From Octopus sinensis (taxonomy: Eukaryota), in NCBI RefSeq assembly GCF_006345805.1, contig NW_021833965.1:1-64000 (forward strand): a stretch of 64,000 nt of DNA, written 5' to 3'. The position numbers and the translations under genes are program-made. The notes under the pieces were generated by a model. That model was not told where the DNA came from. It ran no database searches and saw only the letters and a list, made by a program, of their open reading frames with translations. This document shows, one piece after another, positions 54,841-64,000 of the stretch (its first letter is position 1; each line of letters opens with the position of its first letter).

Positions 54841-54960
54841 GTTAAAATTTACAGACACATGTGGGAACAACAAGCAGGTGTATTAGTTAACGCTCGGGAA
54901 GCATGGAAAAAGTCTTGACGTTTCGAGCCTACGCACTTTGACAGAAAGGATTGAGAGAAT
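54841..54960 (-). mobile_element. Short repeat with decayed hammerhead core, flanked by (TA)n
   Basis: Minus strand: ttctgtcaaagtgcgtaggctcGAAAcgt...ttcccgagcgttaactaata; homologous to 22410-22598. Confidence 0.5.
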
Positions 54961-54966
54961 ATATAT

Positions 54967-54998
<32 letters not shown>

Positions 54999-54999
54999 A

Positions 55000-55165
55000 C
55001 GTGTTTTCACATAGTTTTCCTCTTCCTAATTCATCCACAAGGCATTGGTATGCGTGGTACTAGTGAAGAAGGCGCCTAACTAAGGTGCTACACACCGAGA
55101 TTGTACCAGAAACCATGGGGGTGCAAAGCGAGCTTCTTAACTAAGCAGCCATAGCTGCGCCAAAT
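55000..55165 (-). mobile_element. SINE family C 5' half (degenerate)
   Basis: atccacaaggcattgg...aaggtgctacacaccgagattgtaccagaaaccatg...gagcttcttaactaagcagcc. Confidence 0.6.
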
Positions 55166-55319
55166 GACAATTCCTTTTTCAGAATAGAAGGACGTGGTCT
55201 GATGGTGATTTGGCTTCTATGTCTAGCAGCATTTTAAATTACATACAGAAGTATTATGTAGTTTACCAGTATTTAATCCCTATTTATGACCAAGTTCCAA
55301 ACCGATTCGTTAACCACAT

Positions 55320-55528
55320 TAATCCTTTCACAAGAACTGAAATTTAGGGGGAGTGGGTAAGGCGATTAGATCGACCTCAGTACTCAACTGCTACTTAATT
55401 TATTGACCCCGAAAGGGAGAAAGGCGAAGTCGACCTCGGCGGAATTTGAACTCAGAACGTAGCGGCAGACGAAACACTGCTAAGCTTTTCGCCCGGCGTG
55501 CTAACGGTTCTGCCAGCTCGCCGCCTCG
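55320..55528 (-). mobile_element. SINE family A (well preserved)
   Basis: gaaaggagaaaggcgaagtcgacctcggcggaatttgaactcagaacgtagcggcagacg...gccagctcgccgcct. Confidence 0.9.
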
Positions 55529-56344
55529 TTAACTCCAACATTGATACAAGGTGGATGAAAAGTTACAACGTAACTGTGAACAAGCTCAGCTAACACTGTC
55601 TCTGCTCTAATATTGACAGCTGCAAAAAAAGGGTTACGAACCAAAAAGAAAGCCCCTTGTTTATCATTAGGTTTGCTAAAAATAATAACAGAATTCCTTC
55701 TGGTCTCATCTTACCTACAAGAAAACTGAAATATACAACAATTATTCGCGACGGAAGTAGTATTAACAGCAACAGGTAATCTTCCTGTCCAGCTTAACGT
55801 AGATGTTTAATCAGACGCCAAGAACTGTGGTGTTCGCCTTGAGAAGTCTTCTCATATGGACGTATAGTGCTTAAAAGCATACATATTTTTATCGTCGCAA
55901 ATAATTAATTTTAATAACCTTACTGAATGCTTGCGACATCAGTGACTGAAAAGCCACTGTAAGTGTCCATATCATTGGAAGTGAGATTTGGATGGTACGC
56001 AACGAGCGTATTGCTGTCACCGAAGAGACGCAATTCGTGGAAATCATGTGATCTGGCAGTTCTGGTGCCCATACCAGACGATTCTAGTCTGCCAACGATA
56101 TAAATACGTGTGCTTTTATGCACCATGTGACCGCATGAGAATATCTACCAAGATGAGTACCACAATGTTCGCCGTTCTAACTGAATATCCATGTTAAGTT
56201 GGGTATAAAGAAATATACAATGTAGGCTTTTAGCAATAGAGTAAATACTACTATTCGGGCCAAAGAGGATGCTTCTAGCAGGTAACCTGAGTGATCAGGA
56301 TAGCAGCCAAACTTGCATCAAATCACATAAAATATATAAATAAA

Positions 56345-56592
56345 TGCACCCTTTTAAAGCCTAGCCAGGCTCAAGGCCCCAGTTTCCCAGTTTCTATGGC
56401 GTATGTGTTCCCCAGTTGGACGGGACGCCAATCCATCGCAGCGTTACTCATTTTTGCCAGCTGAGTGGACAAGAGAAACATGAAATGAAGTGTTTTGCTC
56501 AAGAACACAACGCGTCGCCCGGTCCAGGAATCGAAACCACAATCTTACGATCATGATGCTGACACCCCAACCGCTAAGCCGCGCGCCTCCAC
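56345..56592 (-). mobile_element. SINE family B (tail type ii)
   Basis: Reverse complement of 36528-36775. Confidence 0.88.
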
Positions 56593-57978
56593 ACTCAAAC
56601 CACATGCCTCCACACTCAAACCACATGCCTCTGTGTTAAGTGCGGAAGATGTGTATGATGTCGTTCTAGATATCTTACAAGAAAAATAAATATATGAAAT
56701 CTGAAAATTGTGATCATAAGTCTACACAATAAAGGTCAACCTGCGCCAACACAACATCAACAACAACAAGAAAGTGTCATTTCACAGCAGCAACAGCAAT
56801 AATGTGTAGCGTTAAAGTAACACTACGAACAATACATAACAAACTAATTAATTAACTTACTAATTAACCAGCTGGCTATTAACAACAAAATCAGTCTCTA
56901 ATTGAATGAACCAACGAAAATTGTCTCCTTTACTTGATTCCTTCATTTTGATTTCCCTTCTCGCCATAACATTTATTTTAATTACCAAAAACAAAAGAGG
57001 GGTATCAAGGCAATTTAACTCCCCACATTTTTTTTTATTTGTAATATTGTTCCAAGTCCGTCCCTTTGTTCCGGAGTTATTTGTATCAGATAAGCCTTTG
57101 GGATTTCCTTTAGAAAATAATAAGATAAAAAATGAAAAAAATTTGCATTCACTTGAGATATTTCAATACAAATTAACAGCAACTTATTTGTTTGCTTTTA
57201 ATTTTTCAAGTTTAAATGTTGATATTTTTACCTCTTAATGATAAAATAAATTTTTTTTTTTAAATTTATGTTCGTTAAATTCTTCGTCTTCTTCATTCAT
57301 TTTAGTCTGGGGCAAGAACGATTCAATGGCTCTTACCTTGAATATTTATTTTAACCTTTTTTCTAAATTGATTATGTTTTGTTTCTCATTGTATCGTTTA
57401 TTTTTCATCTTCTTATTTGTGATGTTTCTTTTATATATTCTATTCTTTTATCTATTGACATTGGAAATAGGAATCTGCCGGAAACAAAACATTTTTCACT
57501 CGGCGGCTAAATCATTCAGTCGGGCGGCCATAGAATCAGCCATGTAAATTTCAGAAGCGGATTGAAGAGTCCTGATAAGAAATCTACCCAGGAGCTCTAC
57601 AAACTCGTATGGCAATGATAATAGCTTCATCACCATCATGGTTCTCATTGGACTGCCTTTCTAGTTACTGAAGGTCAGACAGTTTACAGGAAAAATACAC
57701 TCAACTTAATCGACCCCAGTACACGCTTAGTGATTATCATACCGACTTTTGAACTAGGATATACAAAGAGGACTTTGGTTGAATAAAAAATAATTCGTAG
57801 AGGTTAGTCTGTGTTAATGTATAACCATGTTACCATCATTCAGTTGTCTAAAAGAGAGTCCGAAAATGTCATAAGCAGTACGACTCTATCCGAGGTTAAA
57901 TAATAATAATAATAATGTAAAATAATAATAATAATAATATAATAATAATAATAAAATAATAATAATAATGATATGATA

Positions 57979-58010
<32 letters not shown>

Positions 58011-58053
58011 TAATAATAATAATAATAATATGATACTGATAATGATGATGATG

Positions 58054-58129
<76 letters not shown>

Positions 58130-58130
<1 letters not shown>

Positions 58131-58530
58131 TAGTCTTAATTGTGAAAGAAAACAAACTAAGCTAGATCATAGATATAGCATGCCCAGCAGACAACAAAGT
58201 ATGCGATAAGGAAGAAAGAAAAGTCGAGAGATATGACAGGTTAGCTTGGGAGGTTAAGCAGTTGTAGTCGATGAAAAAGGTGGTAATAGTACTAATAATT
58301 GTCGGAGCCCAGGGAACAGTAAGCAAAAATCTCGAGAAGTACGTGAAACAAACAGTGGCTGCAATAATGGTGGAGCACTTGCAGAAAACAACACTGCTTG
58401 CAACCGCTGGAATACTCCGGAAGGTGCTCGAAAAATAAGAGGTGTTACTTTAGTTCATTGGTAGTGAAAAGCTGACACTGTAGTATATCTCAGACCATAA
58501 AGACGGGCGTATTCTACGTAAAATACTGTC
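58130..58530 (+). mobile_element. R4/Dong-clade 3' fragment
   Basis: IIDIACPADNKVCDKEERKVERYDRLAWEVKQL...IIVGAQGTVSK...LQKTTLLATAGILRKVLEK*. Confidence 0.85.
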
Positions 58531-58544
58531 TATATAATTTGAAA

Positions 58545-58735
58545 TTATAAAGCAAATTCATAATTTTCTTATGTTTTCTTAAACATTCTCTAGAACAATA
58601 CTATGTGCAAAACAAAATATATGACACCATAGGCATAACACCAACATGAACTTCTAACGTATTTCTCTTGAGGTCTCGTGGTGAGACTTGGAGCCAACTT
58701 GTACAAATACAAAGCAAAAGTCAAACATAAAATAA
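58545..58735 (+). mobile_element. Isolated R4/Dong 3'UTR
   Basis: Homologous to 59945-60125 (aacattctctagaacaa...gagacttggagccaacttgtacaaat...aaacataaaataataa). Confidence 0.8.
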
Positions 58736-58817
58736 TAATAATAATATAATATATAATAATAATAATATAATAATAATAATAATATAATAAGAATAATAAA
58801 TAATATATTATTATTTA

Positions 58818-58852
<35 letters not shown>

Positions 58853-58862
58853 GTTATTATTG

Positions 58863-58899
<37 letters not shown>

Positions 58900-58900
<1 letters not shown>

Positions 58901-59150
58901 GTTCAGTAGTTTTATTTTTTTATAGCATGCTTTCACTTCACTACCGAGCGCAGCTCTGTGTGCCTTGGGTATGTGCTTGTGGTTTGTTGTGATGCTCTGA
59001 TGGTTATTGTAGGAAAGTGTTCTGCGTAGGAGGTGCATGCCCAGTAGTGCAATTTCTGTATGTTAATGTGTTTGTAAGTCCTGGTGTTTTTGTTATGTAT
59101 TTGTCTGAATATTTTTTTATCATGCCTAATGCACCTACTTGATAGGTATT
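58900..59150 (-). mobile_element. R4/Dong 3' end (same family as 5391-6450)
   Basis: Reverse complement of 6200-6450 including the 3'UTR cccaaggcaca.agagctgcgctcggtagtgaagtgaaagca. Confidence 0.88.
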
Positions 59151-59194
59151 ATGATTATTATTATTATTAATTATTATTATTATTATTATTATTG

Positions 59195-59405
59195 AGTGTG
59201 ACTTTCACGATCGCCAGATCGTGTTTCGATCGTTGACCGGATGGGCGTTGTGTCTTGAGCAAAACACTTCATTTCAAATTTCTCCGCGACCACTCCGACA
59301 CGTGATGTGTGCTACTCCGTGCAACTGTTCGGGCAATGTCGATTTGATAGAGAGCGGGAGTTTAACGTACAGCACATTAATTTGATCACTATAAACAAAT
59401 CCTTT
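59195..59405 (+). mobile_element. SINE family B fragment (tail type i)
   Basis: gtgtcttgagcaaaacacttcatttc plus tail remnants. Confidence 0.6.
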
Positions 59406-59534
59406 GTGCAGGTCATCATCATCATCATCATCGTCGTCGTCATCATCACCATCATCGTCATCGTTACCGTTATCGTTGTTGTTGTTGTTATTATTATTAT
59501 TGTTGTTGTTGTTATTATTATTAATAATATTATT

Positions 59535-60120
59535 ATTATTATGATAGAAAATGATCACATCTCACTCCTCTGGAACTTCACCATTTAAACTGACAGAAAG
59601 ATAGATGCGAATAGGCCAGACATCATATCGAAAGACTTCAGACAAAAATCATGCCTCCTCATTGATATGACTATCCCAATCGATATAAACGTATCTGTCA
59701 AGACCTACCAAAAACTGAGCAAATATAAAGATCTTGAAATAGAAAACAGCAAAATGTGGAACCTGAAGACTAAAACAATACCTGTTGTCATAGGTGCCCT
59801 GGGAATGATAGCAAAAGGGGCTGACTGCTACCTAGCTCAGATACCAGGAAACCCCTAAAATGGCAGAAATTTAACAGATAGTGCTCATGGGAACTGCCCA
59901 TATCCTACCCAAAATACTTTCTATGTAATCTCAAGTTTTAAAACCAACATAATTTTCTTATGGTTTCCTAAACATTCTCTAGAACAACACTATGTACAAA
60001 ACCAAATATATGGCACCCTAGGCATAATACCAACATGAACTTCCAACCTGTTGTCTCTTGAGGTCTCTGGGTGAGACTTGGAGCCAACTTGTACAAATGT
60101 AAAGCAAAAGTCAAACATAA

Positions 60121-60125
<5 letters not shown>
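59535..60125 (+). mobile_element. R4/Dong-clade 3' fragment with 3'UTR
   Basis: ENDHISLLWNF, ANRPDII, IDMTIPIDINVSVKTYQKLSKYKDLEIE..TIPVVIGALGMI; ends in (TAA)n. Confidence 0.9.
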
Positions 60126-60170
<45 letters not shown>

Positions 60171-60201
60171 TGTTGTTGTTGAAGATGATGATAATGATGA
60201 A

Positions 60202-60243
<42 letters not shown>

Positions 60244-61233
60244 AACGACGACGACGACGACGACAAACTATTGTCTCTCTAGCTATATCATTACGTGTAG
60301 TAGCAGCAGAGTTGATGATGAACATAACAAACGTAGTTAATTTTTTTTATATTACGTCATTCGATGTCTCAGCTTATCTCATTTTTTTCTGTTGATCCAA
60401 TCCCACAAATATCGATTTTGTCCCTCTATTCAACCTGGATCGATAAGATAATTATCTGTTACATACCGGATCGATTCAATCAATTGGCTGATTCTTTATC
60501 CACAAGAAAAGTGTCATGTGTGGAGACAAAATCAAATTGATGGACAGTCTACCTTTATAGCAAAAATAAACAAATAATAACAAAAGAACTAAGATGAAGC
60601 AGTGACAAAAATATTCATCATTGCGAAGAAAGATATAAAATTATATATTGAACTCCCAATCATGATTGATTCAATCGTAATTGAATCATTTCTGTATAAA
60701 ATACTTCTGTTTTAACTGCATCAAATAATAATAATCACAAAATAGAAATTTTCTGGTAGCGGTTCTGATGATTCTCAGTCAGTATTTATTGTTTGTTTAC
60801 TGCAGAGGAATTGGTCTAACCCGAAGACGAAATTTAGAACCCGTAATCTTTTTATTAGGCATTCATGGCCGGTAGGGAGAATGGAGAAGTTCTCCTCTGA
60901 GTTGAGACACGGCCTGAACGGTAGCAGAAGCATGAACAGTTATACTCACCTAACTGCCTTGTGGTGGTGTTGGACCCAGATCTAACATTCGATCGTTTTC
61001 GATTCAGGGCGCCTATGATAAAATCTTATATTTGTGATCATCCCACCAGTTTCTTCAGATGAGATATCTATGGCCACAGTATCTGTTATAAATATTTGGT
61101 TTCTGAATATTTAGGGAAATGGTTTCATGGAGATCTGGCTATTAAGAATGTCATGATGAGAAAATTTATAACAGCACCCTTGTTGCTTTTAGAATAATTT
61201 TTGCCCATTAAAATACATAAAAGTGAGAATATA

Positions 61234-61786
61234 TTGGGTTGTCCGGAAAGTTCGCGCCGATTTTTAAAGGAAAGAAAAAGGTCAACAAATTATTGCCATT
61301 ACATTTTTAATCAACCAAATATGAAACATTTTGTTGCACAATGCATCTCCATCTTTCATTTAACTTGAAAATACTCTCTTCCCAGAATTGAGGTGGTTTC
61401 ATGGCAAAGAATTCATCAAGGTATCATCCAAGGAATTGTAATTTTTACCATTAAGACTATTCTGCACAGCCCTGAATAAGTGGAAATCCGAAGGAGCAGT
61501 ATCTGGTGAATATGGAGGGTGGGGTAACACATCCCAGCCGAACTGCAGCAATTTTTGTCTGGTTGCCAAAGCATCAAGTGCCAAAAAGGAACTTTCTTAT
61601 CTTCCATTTTAAAGGGTTACAAAATTAACACAGGTTATTGGAACGTAAACCTTCTTCTTTAAGATAGCTTAAACTGTGCTCTAAATGGAGGTGTAGTCAA
61701 GTCCTATTTTATGGATTCAACCATGTTCTAAAATAAGTTGAAAGGTAAGCTACTATAAATCGGCGCGAACTTTCCGGACAACCCAA
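61234..61786 (-). mobile_element. Internally deleted mariner (553 bp) with perfect 30-bp TIRs
   Basis: TIR ttgggttgtccggaaagttcgcgccgattt at 61234-61263 and its exact reverse complement at 61757-61786; TA on both flanks; retains QKLLQFGWDVLPHPPYSPDTAPSDFHLFR. Confidence 0.95.
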
Positions 61787-63744
61787 TAGAAATGGTATAT
61801 ATAAATGTTTCTTTCAAAATGAAAGTTTGATAATCGTTTCGTTTGCTAGAAATATGTTCCAGACAGTTGTTTAAAAGAGGAGACAGATATAAATCACAAA
61901 ATGGAGTCAAGGAAACAAAAAGGTCAAAAAGCGTGGCGACTGGAAGAGGACATTACGCAACAAAATATCTGAGAATTATGAAATGACAAACTATGGTGTA
62001 TCAAATTTACAATGTGAGATATATATTTTTATTAGTTGAACATGACAGCTGACAACTTCGCCCAATTTGAATAGATGCAGTGAGTACAAATTTTATAGTA
62101 CTGTCACTACTTTAATACTCTGCGTTATTGATATTGCTGTTGATGAGGTGTTGATGCATATTATTTAACATTCATATAGTCAGTCTGTATTTCATTGGCC
62201 GAGCTGTTTGTGGCGTTTCTGTATCTGGGAGGTTTCGAGTCTGAATACGATGTAATGTGTCGTCTGATACGAATGTCTGTGTGTGTGTGTGTGTGTGGTG
62301 TGTGTGTGTGTGTGTGTGTTGTGTGTATGAGTGAGTGTGTGTGAGAGTGTGTGAATTTTTGAAAGAGAAACAGAGAGTGGGAGGGGCGTTTCTTGAAACA
62401 CCACGATGGCGGTAACATCGGGAATTCATTGGAAAGAAAAAAATACGAGAGAGCACATTTTATTCTGTATTTGGTGGGTTTTAAAAACGCAAATGATTTT
62501 AGTGGAATGAATTTTTCCAGATAACCAACGGTGTTTATTCCTTTACTTGGGAAGAGATCATGAGAACGATATATCACCAAAGTCATTCTGATGTCATTAC
62601 AGTTAAAGGATCGAAATGTAATGCTTTATTTTGTTTGGGGACTTTGTTGTTGCCATTCGTATGCCACTAAAAACAGATTTTATCAACATAATTATACATT
62701 TAGAAAATTGCAAACACTAAAAACATGTATATAAGTCTTGAAAAGTAACAATATACGCAATATTATTAAAATCCTACTCTAGATAATACCACACCCACAC
62801 ACGTCCAGATATTGTCGAAATTGACAGACTGTGCGTCTCGTATGCAAAAATAAGGTTCGGTTTTATGTTACTGTTTTGCGTATGTATTTAAGAGCAGATA
62901 TTATCAGCATAGCTAAACATTTAAAACTTTGTGCATTTATATTCGAGAAAGGCAAGCAATCTGGAAATGAAAGACCAAAACATTGAATAAACACGGAGAA
63001 TTTATATTTTCTTGCCTAAATAAGCGAAAATATCTCATTAAATGATAAAACAGAGCCATGCAATTGTGAACAAAGAACGATAATTATTTCCTCTGCTCCC
63101 TTCAAAATATATGTCGCGCCTTAGTTATTGACTGCCCAAGAGTGAGGCATAGTATTTCAGGACCACTTTTCAAGTAAAATAAATACACAGTAATTCATTA
63201 ATTTTAATTATTTTTCCTTCAGAAAATAAGTTGTTTTCATATCCAATAAAGAATTGTGTTTATTTTTCTTTCAAAATTACCACATTGAAAGCAATTACGC
63301 TATTTCAACAGGGCGGAGGTACACTCTAATGCACTCAGAAACACACGAACATTGTCATAGATTCAGGGACATAGACGTTGACATCCAGAAGTTGAAAACG
63401 AAGACCCACGAAGAAAATGCTCAAAATGAATGATCACTGCAAAGACAGACCTTCTAAATCAAACAGAATATCGTGGAAACAAACCATGACGTTTAAACCG
63501 GTAGACAAGCACACAAACTCATGCACACCTTAGTCCGGATAAGAATGAGTTTAAATGAATCGACATAATTAGAAACGCGACCAAGGTGGATATCTATGAA
63601 GATATACATTAAATAAATTAAATGATCAACAACGAAATACAACAGATTCCTTGGTTATATTTTTTTAAATGAGGATAGGTGAAATGGAACATATCTTACG
63701 TTACTTAAAGGAATATGCTAGGGTGAAACTAACAGTTGTAATAT

Positions 63745-63797
63745 TGACACACACAAACATACATGCATACGTACACACACACGCACGCACACACACT

Positions 63798-63835
<38 letters not shown>

Positions 63836-63896
63836 CTATATATACATATATATATATGCGTATATATATATATACATACATACATACATACATACA

Positions 63897-63931
<35 letters not shown>

Positions 63932-63960
63932 TAATACGTATGCATGCATGCACGTATATG
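63745..63960. repeat. Compound CA/TA/TACA microsatellite
   Basis: Visible runs. Confidence 0.95.
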
Positions 63961-64000
63961 TCCACGTATTACCTACTGTGTTCCAGATAAGCGTTTTTCC

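Noticed and set aside
56583-56632. 21-bp tandem duplication at a SINE 5' end
   Set aside because: An ordinary slippage-scale duplication.
62180-62420. Promoter-like motifs (CCAAT, GC-box, accacgATGGCG)
   Set aside because: Short motifs only, with no downstream ORF or strong splice donor to support a gene start.

Overview
This is eukaryotic, AT-rich, repeat-dominated DNA with no recognisable host protein-coding gene. The microsatellite load and SINE families suggest a cephalopod, probably Octopus; that is an inference. Almost all ORF-track entries are translations of simple repeats. The window holds about 25 tRNA-derived SINE copies and nine 3' relics of R4/Dong-type non-LTR retrotransposons, mostly in (TAA)n tracts. 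It also holds RTE and probable HERO LINE relics, a Penelope-like element with a 5' inversion, mariner and hAT derivatives, and many compound microsatellites. The most notable region is 14.2-16.4 kb. There a single (TA)n tract contains two unrelated, near-identical tandem arrays (357-bp and ~498-bp units) in divergent orientation. Every unit carries an intact-looking type I hammerhead ribozyme with a palindromic stem III, consistent with retrozyme or Penelope pLTR-like elements that could yield circular RNAs. Further intact or decayed hammerhead motifs occur in the Penelope 3' end and near 22.5 and 54.3-54.9 kb. A 113-bp and a 50-bp segment are duplicated perfectly, one inverted, 18 kb apart at the Penelope junction. 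All coordinates and folds were read by eye and boundaries are approximate.
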